Below are positions 27,173-40,658 of a DNA stretch of 64,000 bases, one piece after another. A program made the position numbers and the translations under genes. Under the pieces are notes generated by a model. The model was not told the origin of the DNA, did no database searches, and saw only the letters and a program-made list of their open reading frames with translations. The stretch covers positions 16,180 to 80,179 of the forward strand of contig JAFGMG010000010.1 of the NCBI GenBank assembly GCA_016927655.1, in the 5' to 3' direction. Each line of letters starts with the position of its first letter. Within the stretch, counting starts at the first letter, position 1. The stretch is from Candidatus Dojkabacteria bacterium. Lineage in GTDB: Bacteria > Patescibacteriota > Dojkabacteria > B142 > JAFGMG01.

Positions 27173-30100
27173 ATGAATTTCACACATTTACACCTACATA
27201 CAGAATACTCACTGCTCGATGGGGTATCAAAAATTGATCCTCTCCTGGCAAAAGTCAAAGCTTCGGGAATGACTGCCTGCGCGCTTACTGATCATGGAGT
27301 AATGTTTGGTGCATTTCAATTTATAGAATCTGCACATGCAAATGGAATAAAGCCGATCATAGGCTGCGAGGTCTATATTGCTGAACGAACGAGATTTGAT
27401 AAACAGCCAGGTATAGACAATAAACGCTACCACACGACATTGCTTGCAAAAAATAAAACCGGCTATCACAATCTGGTCAAACTCGCTTCACTCGCACAAA
27501 GTGAAGGCTTCTATTATAAACCAAGAATTGATAAAGAGCTTTTAGAAAAATACTCAGAAGGAATAATAGCAATGACCGGCTGCATGGGAAGTCCAATGAA
27601 TCAGGCACTACTGCAAGGAAATGAGAAAAAGGCAAATGAGTGGGTCAGCTTTTTAAAAAGCAATTTTGATGATGTGTATGTCGAACTAATGCGCTTCAAC
27701 TATAAACCAAATGACGATCAGAACCCTAAACGAATAGAAATAGCCGAGAAGCACAACATTCCAATAGTAGCTACAGTTGATGCTCATTACATCGAACCTG
27801 AGGATTATAAGATTCAGGAAATTGCATGGTGCATAAGTGACGGGACAAAATTGAATGATCCAAATAGGCGTCAATACGTCTCAAGAGAATTTTGGGTCAA
27901 AACACCTGAAGAAATGCAGAAAAAATTCAACGATCTTCCTGAAGCAATTGAGAACACAATGAAAGTTGCAGATAGTGTAGAAGAATACAAAATAGGTTTC
28001 GAAAGAATCCAGCCAGAATTTAAAGACATTCCAAAAGGCAAAACGACAAAAAATTATTTATTTGAAAAAACTCTTTTAGGTGCGAAGGAGCGTTATGGCA
28101 AATTAGACAAAAAAATCAAAGAAAGAATTAATTATGAGCTCGAAATAATTCACAATAAAGGTTACGACGACTATTTTCTAGTCGTTGAAGATTATTGCAG
28201 ATGGGCAAGGGACCAGGGAATCCTTGTAGGTCCAGGCAGAGGCAGCGGAGCTGGTAGTGTCGCTGCATATTCACTAAAAATTACAAATATAGATCCATAT
28301 AAATACGATCTGATTTTTGAAAGATTTCTCAATCCTGAAAGACCATCTCCTCCAGATTTTGACATTGATTTTCAAGATGATAGAAGAGACGAATTATTTG
28401 AGTATATGAATGATCGCTATGGGCATGATAATACAGCGTTTATCGGGACTTTTGGGAGATTAAAAACAAAAGCAGCCATTCGTGATGTTGCCAGAGTGAT
28501 GGGAATAGATTTAAGCATTGCAGATAAGCTTTCAAAGATGGTCATTGTTAAATTCGGAAGAGTTCACTCAATAGACAAAATGATGGCCGAAGTCCCTGAA
28601 TTTAAGCAGATAATTGAGTCAGACTCAAAACTCCAGGAGCTTGCAGGCTATGTAAGAAAACTGGAAAATATTGCGAGACACACATCTACTCATGCTTGCG
28701 GTTATCTTGTAACCCCGACAGAAATAACAGATTACGTCCCTGTTCAAAAGGAAGGCAAAGGAGGGAATCGGCTGATGACTCAGTTTGAAGGTGGCCCGCT
28801 TGAATACCTGGGTCTTATGAAATTTGATTTTCTTGGCTTATCAAATCTTACTATTATTCAAAATTCGATAAAACAAATTAAATATACCCAGAATAAAGAA
28901 ATTGATATTGACGCAATCCCGATGGATGATAAAAAGACATTTGAACTTTTTCAAGAGGGCAACACAACAGGGGTTTTTCAGTTTGAGTCCGATGGAATGA
29001 AAAAATATTTGAAAGACTTGAAGCCGGAATCAGTAGATGACCTGATCTTTTTGAATGCTGCTTATCGCCCCGGTCCAATGAAATATATTCCAAGCTATAT
29101 TGAGCGTAAATTTGGCAGGGAAAAGGTTGAATACCTTCATCCAGATCTCGAGCCGATATTAAATACAACCTATGGCTATGCGATTTATCAAGAGCAGGTA
29201 ATAAACATTGCGGTTAAAATTGCCGGACATTCACTTGGGGAAGCAGATATGCTAAGACGTGCTATGGGGAAAAAAATTCCGGAACTTATGAAGGTCGAAA
29301 AAGAAAAATTTATAGAAAAGGCACAAAAAAACGGCTATACAAAAAAAACGGCAGAGGATATATTCGCCTACCTCGAACCTTTTGCCGATTATGGATTCAA
29401 CAAATCACATAGTGCCTGCTATTCTGTAATCGCTTATCAAACAGCCTATCTCAAAGCTAATTATCCGATTCAATTTTTAGCGGGACTTATGGAAACAGAT
29501 CTTGGAACATCAGATAAAATTACCAGGGACTTGAAAGAAGCGCGTGAAATGGGCATTGACGTTCTCCCTCCGCATGTCAACGAAAGTTTTGTAGATTTTA
29601 AAATTGAACCTGGCAAAAAATTTAAGGACGGGAAGGAAAGAATCCGTTTTGGACTTGGCGCAATAAAGGGAGTCAGTAACAAAATTGTAGCTAATATCGT
29701 AGAAGAAAGGGAAGAGAACGGAGATTTTATTTCACTAGATGATCTGATCGAGCGAGTCGGACCTTCCAAGCTGACAAAAAAAGTCCTCGAACTTTTAATC
29801 CAGGTTGGCGCTCTTGAAGGCTGGGGTAATAGGAATCAATTACTAGTCACAATGCCGCAGATTTTTGATAGAGTTTCCTCTCACGAGGAAAAACGGAAGG
29901 GCGGACAGGACAGCTTATTTGGAGGGCTTGATGCTTCTGAAATAGAAAAAACTACAACTCAATTACCAGACATCACTCCAGAAGACGACCAGCAGAAAAT
30001 TGCCTGGGAAAAAGAACTCCTCGGGACATTTTTGAGCCAGCACCCGCTAACAAGATTTAGGAAATTACTTGTAAATGGCAGAATTTTATCGATTTCAGAT

Positions 30101-30601
30101 GCTTCCTTGCTTAGAGAGAGAGACAAGGCAATGGTACTTTCAATTATTTCCGAAAAAAAAGTAATTTATACAAAAAAAGATAATAAACCAATGGCCTTCC
30201 TGCAGCTTGACGATGGGGACGACAAGGTTGATGGCGTTGTCTTTCCAAGCACCTACGAAAGAGTACGAGATGCTTTAGTTGAAAATCTTCCCGTTGTTCT
30301 GACAAGTTCAATCAGTTTTAGAGATGAAACTTTTAGTTTGATAATAGATGACATTGCTCCTGCAGAAATGCTTCCTGATGAGGATGAGATGACAATTGAT
30401 ATTACCGGTGTAAAGGACAAGGAAGAACTAGCACAGATCAAGCAGATTATTAAAGACAGCCCGGGTACTGAAATGCGCTTAAAAATTCTCTATGGAGTCC
30501 CATATGCAAAAAAAACCCTGGAAAAAACTATTTCCCCAACCGATCAGGCATTGCGCTTTTTGAAAAAATATAGCGTTGGAAATTCTAATAATATAAAATA
30601 G
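27173..30601 (+). CDS. dnaE: DNA polymerase III alpha subunit
   Basis: PHP HLHLHTEYSLLDG, GPGRGSGAGS, PDFDIDF, KFDFLGL, YGFNKSH and OB domain. No intein. Confidence 0.98.
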   Translation: MNFTHLHLHTEYSLLDGVSKIDPLLAKVKASGMTACALTDHGVMFGAFQFIESAHANGIKPIIGCEVYIAERTRFDKQPGIDNKRYHTTLLAKNKTGYHNLVKLASLAQSEGFYYKPRIDKELLEKYSEGIIAMTGCMGSPMNQALLQGNEKKANEWVSFLKSNFDDVYVELMRFNYKPNDDQNPKRIEIAEKHNIPIVATVDAHYIEPEDYKIQEIAWCISDGTKLNDPNRRQYVSREFWVKTPEEMQKKFNDLPEAIENTMKVADSVEEYKIGFERIQPEFKDIPKGKTTKNYLFEKTLLGAKERYGKLDKKIKERINYELEIIHNKGYDDYFLVVEDYCRWARDQGILVGPGRGSGAGSVAAYSLKITNIDPYKYDLIFERFLNPERPSPPDFDIDFQDDRRDELFEYMNDRYGHDNTAFIGTFGRLKTKAAIRDVARVMGIDLSIADKLSKMVIVKFGRVHSIDKMMAEVPEFKQIIESDSKLQELAGYVRKLENIARHTSTHACGYLVTPTEITDYVPVQKEGKGGNRLMTQFEGGPLEYLGLMKFDFLGLSNLTIIQNSIKQIKYTQNKEIDIDAIPMDDKKTFELFQEGNTTGVFQFESDGMKKYLKDLKPESVDDLIFLNAAYRPGPMKYIPSYIERKFGREKVEYLHPDLEPILNTTYGYAIYQEQVINIAVKIAGHSLGEADMLRRAMGKKIPELMKVEKEKFIEKAQKNGYTKKTAEDIFAYLEPFADYGFNKSHSACYSVIAYQTAYLKANYPIQFLAGLMETDLGTSDKITRDLKEAREMGIDVLPPHVNESFVDFKIEPGKKFKDGKERIRFGLGAIKGVSNKIVANIVEEREENGDFISLDDLIERVGPSKLTKKVLELLIQVGALEGWGNRNQLLVTMPQIFDRVSSHEEKRKGGQDSLFGGLDASEIEKTTTQLPDITPEDDQQKIAWEKELLGTFLSQHPLTRFRKLLVNGRILSISDASLLRERDKAMVLSIISEKKVIYTKKDNKPMAFLQLDDGDDKVDGVVFPSTYERVRDALVENLPVVLTSSISFRDETFSLIIDDIAPAEMLPDEDEMTIDITGVKDKEELAQIKQIIKDSPGTEMRLKILYGVPYAKKTLEKTISPTDQALRFLKKYSVGNSNNIK

Positions 30602-30628
30602 AAATACTAATCATTATTTATTCTGATA

Positions 30629-30990
30629 ATGAAAAAATCTAGTTCAAACAATATTCTCAGACTTCTAACAAAGGCCTGGCTCATCGTAGTGTCCTGCTTC
30701 TGGGGATTTATGCTTCTAGGTTATGCAATTGGAGGTGATCCATACGCAGTTGAAGGTTCTGAACTAGAAGGGATTATTCTTGGTATTCTGATGATATTTG
30801 CTCTTAGCAGCACTATCTACACGTTTCGCAATGACGCCTTGGAAGCATGCTTCTAATTCTAGCTGGAATATTTTTGGCAATCTTTGCCGCACTGACGGCT
30901 GGCAGCAATCATATCTTTGCAATGGCAGTTTCTGGCGGAGTTTTCTTTCTTCCAGGAGCGATTCTTCTAATGATTAACTATAAACACTAA
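30629..30990 (+). pseudogene. Small 4-TM membrane protein, frameshifted near 30833
   Basis: The first frame gives two TMs up to ...TFRN. The -1 frame continues RLGSMLLILAGIFLAIFAALTAGSNHIFAMAVSGGVFFLPGAILLMINYKH* (stop 30988-30990). Confidence 0.65.
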
Positions 30991-31765
30991 ATAATTTTAC
31001 AAATTCATTAAATTCCAATTCCGAGGCTCGCGCCGCCAATTTTATTTCAGATTTCTTGAATATATTCTCCCAATCAGCTTCTTTATAAATTCCCCTCAAT
31101 ACTCCCTTCATCTGCTTTCTCGGTGACCTAAAGCAGTTTTTCAAAAACTTCACAAAAGCCTTGTAATCCTTTTTGTCTATTTCAGAGTGCTCCTTCTTTG
31201 TAAGTTTGATAACTCCGCCATCTACTTTTGGCATTGGAAAGAAATTTTCTTTTGGAATCGTTCTTAAATATTCAACGTTGTAAAATACTCGTACAAAATT
31301 TGCAAGAAAGCATGATTTTGGCGCTTCTGCAGCATAGTCTTGAGCCACCTCCTTTTGAAGTGTAAACACCATAATATCGGGTTTGTTTTCCAGCTCAATA
31401 AATTTTTTGATAATTGGCTTTGAGATATTGTAAGGAAGATTGCCGGTGACTTTGTAGTGATCTTTACCGGATAATTCTTCACTGGTTATCTCAAGTATGT
31501 CTTTATGAATTAGTTTGAAATTAGCATACTCACCGAATTTAGTCTGGAGGACTGGGATCAGATCATTATCAATTTCAATTGCCCGCAGCTCGATTGGTTC
31601 ATTTATCAAATACTCAGTCAATCTCCCATCTCCAGGGCCTACTTCTATAATATGATCACCGGGAACAATTTCCAAAGCTTCTATACTAGATAAAACGGCA
31701 TCTATATTCTTCAGGAAATTCTGCCCAAATTGTTTTTTGAAATTATGAGTCTCCATCAAGTTCAT
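30974..31765 (-). CDS. rsmA: 16S rRNA m6,2A dimethyltransferase
   Basis: KKQFGQNFL, EVGPGDG, NLPYNIS and FFPMPKVD motifs. True start may be 31756. Confidence 0.95.
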   Translation of the reverse strand: MNLMETHNFKKQFGQNFLKNIDAVLSSIEALEIVPGDHIIEVGPGDGRLTEYLINEPIELRAIEIDNDLIPVLQTKFGEYANFKLIHKDILEITSEELSGKDHYKVTGNLPYNISKPIIKKFIELENKPDIMVFTLQKEVAQDYAAEAPKSCFLANFVRVFYNVEYLRTIPKENFFPMPKVDGGVIKLTKKEHSEIDKKDYKAFVKFLKNCFRSPRKQMKGVLRGIYKEADWENIFKKSEIKLAARASELEFNEFVKLFSVYS

Positions 31766-31853
31766 TATAACGGATAATATACATTAATCAACCTATCGCT
31801 TGATTTTGGATATTTCTTTAATATATAATTCAGAACTTTATTAAAATTGTAGA

Positions 31854-32132
31854 ATGTGTTTACCAGAAGCTTCCTGTCCAGCAAATTGTGCTTTTAGATC
31901 AAAAGTTAATCCAGCTCAGGATGGAGAAATCCCAGGGCCAGAACATTGTGGGCTATTGAGGGGGTATAGTGCAGTTTTCTATCCAGACCCTCGCGAGAAA
32001 GGTGTACCTCTTGAAGCACACCGTCAAGGATTGAGACAGGCTCTAAACCATGAATTTGTTCAAGTACACGGATGTCGAAACCCGAACATTTTGATAGCAA
32101 TTGAAGAATTGGTAGACGACAGAACTAGTTAA
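31854..32132 (+). CDS. Small Cys-containing hypothetical protein
   Basis: C-x6-C-x3-C...CGLLRG...HGC. An upstream -10-like TATAAT is present. Confidence 0.5.
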   Translation: MCLPEASCPANCAFRSKVNPAQDGEIPGPEHCGLLRGYSAVFYPDPREKGVPLEAHRQGLRQALNHEFVQVHGCRNPNILIAIEELVDDRTS

Positions 32133-32164
32133 TTTTTATACATTACTAAAAGAAAGAAATGGGA

Positions 32165-32507
32165 ATGACCTCACCAGGAATAGAATGTGGAGCGCCAGCT
32201 TTTCATCCATGTAGCGCGAAGATAAAGGGCTGGAGAAAATTGTGGTGGTTGTACATTACTACATGGACTACAAACCCTCCCTCTTTCTAGCCTCACTCGG
32301 GAAGACAATAGAACAGCCGGAACTCTTATAAAGGCATTAGGAGCAGCTGGAGCAAGGAGAATGTCGATTAATATGCTAGCTAGTACAACTGCTGATTATG
32401 CAGAAAGTTATGGTTGTCCAGCATCAGGTTATGTTGAAGACCAAGGTATAAATATTCTCGAAGCAAGAACACCTTCATGGGATGAACCAACTCAACCAGG
32501 GGAATAA
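32165..32507 (+). pseudogene. Small Cys-containing protein with a +1 frameshift near 32228
   Basis: MTSPGIECGAPAFHPCSAKIK, then the +1 frame gives AGENCGGCTLLHG...YGCPASG...QPGE* (92 open codons). Confidence 0.5.
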
Positions 32508-32529
32508 TAGGTATAAATATCCTAAACTA

Positions 32530-33321
32530 TCACAACGCATTTTCATGCGCCTGCCATTCGAGGCTGTCATCTAGTGTTTCCAATTGCCCGAATTTTCTGC
32601 CGTACTTATTTTTCATTGCCAGCGATATTAGCAGATCAGCTATGTGTGGATTTTTTGGCAAGAAGCTTCCATGCAGGTACGTTCCAAATGCATTTTTATA
32701 TCTTAACCCATCAGAAATTCTATCCTCATTATCTCCAATTCCCTTTATAACTTTAGCTAACTTCATTTCATCTTTTCCAACAATCCTAGTCCTACCAGCA
32801 TGGTTTTCAAAACCAACAAGAGTAAACAAGTTTTTCCCCTTCACACCACCATAAGTGTAATATTTCCCAATCTCTTCTTTTGTCTTCTCATGAATAATTC
32901 TAGTCGAAATATTTCCAATACATCTCTGCTGAACATTTGGACCGGGAGCAACAGTTTCAATGGGGAAAAATCCAACTCCTTCAGCTTTTCTACTCTCCCC
33001 AGTTAAATAATATTTGCCCAGCAATTGATAGCCACCGCAGATGCAAAGAGCCACAGTACCGGTTCTTAAATCTTTAAGGAGTGCATCTTTCTTTTTCTCA
33101 ATCAAGTCAGGTGCAATATCCGCCTGCTGTCTGTCCTGCCCGCCACCAAAGAAATATATATCAGTTTCATTTGGCTTCAGCTTGTCACCAACTTTGACGC
33201 TCTTAATTTTGACTTTAATATCCCTGGCTTCAGCACGCCTCCTTAACACAATTACATTTCCAAGATCACCATAAAGATTCATCTCTTCAGGATACAAATG
33301 TGTTATTCTCAAATCCATCAA
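32530..33321 (-). CDS. gatD: Lipid II isoglutaminyl synthase, glutaminase subunit GatD
   Basis: LYPEEMNLYGDLGN, GGGQD, ICGGYQLLG, GFENH and YLHGSFLPKNP. Downstream of murT. Confidence 0.9.
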   Translation of the reverse strand: MMDLRITHLYPEEMNLYGDLGNVIVLRRRAEARDIKVKIKSVKVGDKLKPNETDIYFFGGGQDRQQADIAPDLIEKKKDALLKDLRTGTVALCICGGYQLLGKYYLTGESRKAEGVGFFPIETVAPGPNVQQRCIGNISTRIIHEKTKEEIGKYYTYGGVKGKNLFTLVGFENHAGRTRIVGKDEMKLAKVIKGIGDNEDRISDGLRYKNAFGTYLHGSFLPKNPHIADLLISLAMKNKYGRKFGQLETLDDSLEWQAHENAL

Positions 33322-33338
33322 AGCAATATTTTAACTAA

Positions 33339-36247
<2,909 letters not shown>

Positions 36248-36300
36248 ATTGAATTCTTACGTATACTAAACAACATACTTTATCTTATCACTATTTTACA

Positions 36301-36385
36301 CGTACATACTTACGTACATCACATTCCTTGTTATACACTCTCCTGTAGTCTATTTACTCTCTTATTCGTACATCCGTACGTACAT
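36301..36385. promoter_or_regulatory. Four CGTACAT direct repeats, candidate operator
   Basis: CGTACAT at 36301, 36313, 36367 and 36379: two pairs at 12-bp spacing, with the pairs 66 bp apart. Confidence 0.55.
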
Positions 36386-36463
36386 TGATATAAGCGACCC
36401 ATAATAGATCACCTTACCTAACCCTGGAACCCACAAGAAATAATTATGCTAAAATGACCCGTA

Positions 36464-38545
36464 ATGTCACTTTTTCAGCTAAAAACAAAACTTAAACCCG
36501 CTGGAGATCAAAAACAGGCAATTGAGAAACTTACAGCAAATCTAAAATCCGGTGCGAAACATCAGACCTTGCTCGGAGTCACAGGATCCGGGAAAACTTT
36601 TACGATGGCAAATGTTATTGCAAATAGCAATAAACCAGCATTAGTTCTTGCACACAATAAAACTCTTGCAGCGCAGCTTTTCAACGAATTTAGAGAATTT
36701 TTTCCGAATAATGCCGTTGAGTATTTCATTTCATATTACGACTATTACCAGCCGGAAGCATATATCCCAAGAAGAGATCTCTACATCGAAAAGGAGACCA
36801 GTATAAACGAAAACATCGAACGCTACAGGAATTCTGCAATGCAAGCACTTCTAACAAGAAAAGACGTGATAATCGTCGCTTCAGTTTCCTGCATATATGG
36901 AATCGGAGACCCAGAAGACTACAGACAATTAAGCGTTGAACTTAAAACCGGGGAGAAATTTCCTCAGGATAAACTGCAGATGCGTTTAACTGATATGCAA
37001 TACGAAAGAAATGAATATGACTTTCACAGCGGTTACTACAGAACAAGAGGCGATACCATCGATATCAATATCGCAAGCGAAGAATCAGCAATCAGGATAG
37101 AATTTTTTGGTGATGAAATAGAAGGAATCAAGATATTTAATCCTATAACAGGCGAAATTCTTGAAAGGAGAGACAAAGTACAAATTTTTCCGGCGAAGCA
37201 ATTCGTCACCCCATATGAAAAAATTCCACGAGTAGTCAAGCAGATGCGTGAAGACCTTGATAAAGAGGTGGAATTATTTATGAAAAAAGGAAAAGAAATT
37301 GAAGCGCAAAGACTTAGACAAAGGACAGAATATGACATTGAAATGCTCACAGAGACGGGCTATTGCTCAGGTATTGAAAATTATTCCAGATACTTTGACA
37401 ATAGGCGGCCTAGAACACCTGGTTCAACCCTGCTTGATTACATGCCGGAAGACTGGCTGATGTTCATTGATGAGTCGCACATGACAGTTTCCCAGGTCAG
37501 GGGCATGTACAACGGAGATCAAGCCAGAAAACAAATGCTGGTTGACTATGGTTTTAGAATGCAGGCTGCCAAAGATAACCGTCCTTTAAAATTTCACGAG
37601 TTCAATGATAAACTTGATCAAACTATATATGTCAGTGCCACTCCCCAAGATTACGAGCTAAAACTAAGCAAAAAATGCATCGTGGAGCAGCTTATCAGAC
37701 CCACAGGATTGCTTGATCCAGTTGTTGAAATACGACCAACTGAGGCAAAAAAACTCAACGCACTTAAAATTGACATTAAAAGGCACAAATACAATGACAT
37801 GCCAATTCTCAAAGAAGAAGATTTCAAGGAAAACCAAGTCGACAATTTGATCAAAGAAATCAGAGCGACCATTGAAAAAGGCCAGAGAGTCCTGGTCACA
37901 ACCCTCACGAAAAGAATGTCAGAAAATTTATCAGAGTATCTAAACGAAATTGGCCTAAAAGTTCAATATTTACATTCCGATCTAGATGCAATTGAAAGAG
38001 TCGAGATTCTGCAGAAATTACGCCTGGGCCATGTAGATGTAGTAGTAGGCATAAATCTGCTAAGAGAAGGACTAGATCTTCCTGAAGTGTCTCTTGTGGC
38101 GATTATGGACGCCGACAAAGAGGGCTTCCTAAGAAGTGAAGTCAGCCTTGTTCAGACAATCGGAAGGGCAGCAAGACATGTTGAAGGGCGTGTCATTATG
38201 TACGCAGACAAAATTACCGGATCTATGAAACGAGCAATAGATGAAACAAGGCGTCGTAGAAAAGTACAAAATGAATACAACGAACTCCACGGTATTACCC
38301 CATTGTCAATCCAAAAAGCTGTCAAATCTAGTCTTGAACGAGCGAAAGAAGATGACAGCGACAAAACTAAACTTGATAAAGTCGGCAAAGATCTATTCAA
38401 GGAAGCGCAAAGCTGGAAGCTCATGAAGAAAAACGAGAGAAAAGCCCTTACCCAGGAAATTGAAATTCAAATGCAGATTTATGCCGACTCACTTGAATTT
38501 GAGAAAGCTGCAAAACTACGTGATTTACTTGGGACTCTTAAATAA
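36464..38545 (+). CDS. uvrB: Excinuclease ABC subunit B
   Basis: GVTGSGKT, YYDYYQPEAY, DESH, INLLREGLD, QTIGRAAR and C-terminal UVR domain. Confidence 0.98.
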   Translation: MSLFQLKTKLKPAGDQKQAIEKLTANLKSGAKHQTLLGVTGSGKTFTMANVIANSNKPALVLAHNKTLAAQLFNEFREFFPNNAVEYFISYYDYYQPEAYIPRRDLYIEKETSINENIERYRNSAMQALLTRKDVIIVASVSCIYGIGDPEDYRQLSVELKTGEKFPQDKLQMRLTDMQYERNEYDFHSGYYRTRGDTIDINIASEESAIRIEFFGDEIEGIKIFNPITGEILERRDKVQIFPAKQFVTPYEKIPRVVKQMREDLDKEVELFMKKGKEIEAQRLRQRTEYDIEMLTETGYCSGIENYSRYFDNRRPRTPGSTLLDYMPEDWLMFIDESHMTVSQVRGMYNGDQARKQMLVDYGFRMQAAKDNRPLKFHEFNDKLDQTIYVSATPQDYELKLSKKCIVEQLIRPTGLLDPVVEIRPTEAKKLNALKIDIKRHKYNDMPILKEEDFKENQVDNLIKEIRATIEKGQRVLVTTLTKRMSENLSEYLNEIGLKVQYLHSDLDAIERVEILQKLRLGHVDVVVGINLLREGLDLPEVSLVAIMDADKEGFLRSEVSLVQTIGRAARHVEGRVIMYADKITGSMKRAIDETRRRRKVQNEYNELHGITPLSIQKAVKSSLERAKEDDSDKTKLDKVGKDLFKEAQSWKLMKKNERKALTQEIEIQMQIYADSLEFEKAAKLRDLLGTLK

Positions 38546-39647
38546 CACCTTCCTCCCGGAAAAAATTAAATGCTATTTGAACAGTCGCGACCATCGGAAT
38601 TACAAGCAATGCTCCAAGTATTCCGAACATCCCGAATGCAGCAATAATTCCTAGAATTGTTACGATTGGATCAACCCCCACAGCTCTTTTCATTACTTTC
38701 GGTACAAGAAATACTGCTTCAAGGTTTTGAATCAAGAAACCAGAAGCAACAACGTATATAGATTGCAAAGCCATAACAGTCGTTGTATCCCCGCCGCCAA
38801 GGCTTGCACTGCCAATTGCGATCACTACAGCAATCATTGAAGTTATTGTAGGCCCTATATTCGGGACAGCTTCTAACAATCCGGCAATCAAAGCAATAGG
38901 CAGGGCGTACTGATCTAGAGTGTAACTGCTGAAAAACATACCCGGAAGCATTATAACCACCCAGGTGACAATCCCAATTGCAATCATTAGCAGCAGCTCA
39001 CCTACGAACCAGGAGCCAAGACCGGTTTCAATTTTTTTCATAAGTTTCATTGCTCTGGCCTGATCCTTCTTTGGCAGATAATCTATAATCGGCTGATAAA
39101 ATTTCTCCTGCCTATCAAGCATATAAATACTCACCATTAAAACAACAAAAACACTCAGAATAATTGTAGTGACCGAACTCAAAATTCCAAAAGCGTTTGA
39201 TATTATTCCACTCGTAAACTCTGTATTGGTCAAATTTTGACTCAATGACAAATCTTCTACAATTTTATTTCTATCAATTTGATCTTGGAGCCAAGGGAAA
39301 AGCTCTTCAACTTTTAGCAGAAAAGAATCCAATATCTTATCAAAATCACCAGTCAAATTATTATACTGATCTATCATCGCACTAACCCCGACAGCTAAAA
39401 TAAACGAAAGTACGACAAGGAATACAATATAGATAGTCAAAATTGCCACAGATCTGGGAACTCCAAGCTTGGTAAATCTATCTACAACCGGGTCGAATGC
39501 AGAGTATAAAATAAATGCAAAAAACAACATGAAGAACACACCACGAAGCTGCCATGCAAAAAATATCGCAATCAAAAAAAAGGCAATTTTGAAAAGCGTT
39601 CTCGTGGAAACTTCAAATTTTGTTACTTTTGCTTCCATAATTTGCAT
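38538..39647 (-). CDS. AI-2E family transporter
   Basis: Multi-TM with VPNIGP, QNLE...VPKVM...GVDP and GILGALLVIP. Confidence 0.88.
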   Translation of the reverse strand: MQIMEAKVTKFEVSTRTLFKIAFFLIAIFFAWQLRGVFFMLFFAFILYSAFDPVVDRFTKLGVPRSVAILTIYIVFLVVLSFILAVGVSAMIDQYNNLTGDFDKILDSFLLKVEELFPWLQDQIDRNKIVEDLSLSQNLTNTEFTSGIISNAFGILSSVTTIILSVFVVLMVSIYMLDRQEKFYQPIIDYLPKKDQARAMKLMKKIETGLGSWFVGELLLMIAIGIVTWVVIMLPGMFFSSYTLDQYALPIALIAGLLEAVPNIGPTITSMIAVVIAIGSASLGGGDTTTVMALQSIYVVASGFLIQNLEAVFLVPKVMKRAVGVDPIVTILGIIAAFGMFGILGALLVIPMVATVQIAFNFFREEGVI

Positions 39648-39746
39648 TTAATATGAGTAAATACTGCTAAATATAGCAAACTTAATGACAAAATGGAACT
39701 AATTTGCTACAATTCATTTCGTATTTTTGAGATTATTAACATATAA

Positions 39747-40019
39747 ATGGCAAATCTAAAATCATCAAAGAAGGCGGTACGTGTTCAAAAAAGGAAAAGA
39801 GTGATCAATTTGGTTAAAATCGACGCATACAAAAAAGCCAGAAAAACTATTCTGGATCTTCTTAACAAAGGGGAATTAAAGGAAGCAGAGAAACAATTAC
39901 CAACAGCCTACAAAGCAATTGATAAGACAGCCAAAAACAATACTATTCACCAAAATAAGGCTGCAAGACTTAAAGCAAGGCTTGCTGCAAAACTAAAAGC
40001 AGCAAAAGAAACAAAATAA
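39747..40019 (+). CDS. rpsT: 30S ribosomal protein S20
   Basis: MANLKSSKK...IDK...IHQNKAARLK. Confidence 0.96.
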   Translation: MANLKSSKKAVRVQKRKRVINLVKIDAYKKARKTILDLLNKGELKEAEKQLPTAYKAIDKTAKNNTIHQNKAARLKARLAAKLKAAKETK

Positions 40020-40092
40020 ATTTTCCTTAGGTGACACGCCACAACTTTTAGTCTACAATTATCCAAAGAGTTACTTAAATCTGCCTGATCCC

Positions 40093-40641
40093 ATGACTAA
40101 ATCATTACTTGAAATTTTAGACGCATCTATTTTTCCAGCTGCTTTGATGATAGCAGCAAAGTTTATAGGCTTATACATTACAGTTGAGCTTTTTGCTCTG
40201 GAATGGGGCGTTGAAAATTCGCCAAACAGTTTTTTTTCAACTAGGCCGGTATTGTACTCAAGTGATGTTGCTCTTGTTTCAACAAATTCTGACCTACTGC
40301 TGCTTTTTATTATGCTGGCTGGTTTAAGTTTCTATATAATCAGAGCGACTTTTTTTCATGCCAGCCATATTGACCCCAAAATGCTTTCAAGACTCGCAAT
40401 AAACGGTCTTCTTGGAATAGTTTCAAGCTCATATGAAGTTTATAGGAAAGCAACAGTCTGGCTGATATTCGTCTGGGTCACAAATTTCACCATCCTCATC
40501 AATGCCCTGAATAACAAGACTGAAAGCTGGGTACCAGTAATTGGAATAATTGCAACATTATTTTTGAGCGTTATACTTCTTCGCGATGTAATCTACGAAG
40601 TAAAACTATCCAGAGAAAATATCGGGCAAACTCATAAATAA
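40093..40641 (+). CDS. Membrane protein
   Basis: About 4 hydrophobic segments. Lies between rpsT and prfB. Confidence 0.75.
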   Translation: MTKSLLEILDASIFPAALMIAAKFIGLYITVELFALEWGVENSPNSFFSTRPVLYSSDVALVSTNSDLLLLFIMLAGLSFYIIRATFFHASHIDPKMLSRLAINGLLGIVSSSYEVYRKATVWLIFVWVTNFTILINALNNKTESWVPVIGIIATLFLSVILLRDVIYEVKLSRENIGQTHK

Positions 40642-40658
40642 TCTGCTAAAATGCACCC

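Noticed and set aside
27173-30601. Inteins or introns in dnaE (also checked nrdJ)
   Set aside because: Lengths are normal, motifs are contiguous, and no intein splice signature was seen.
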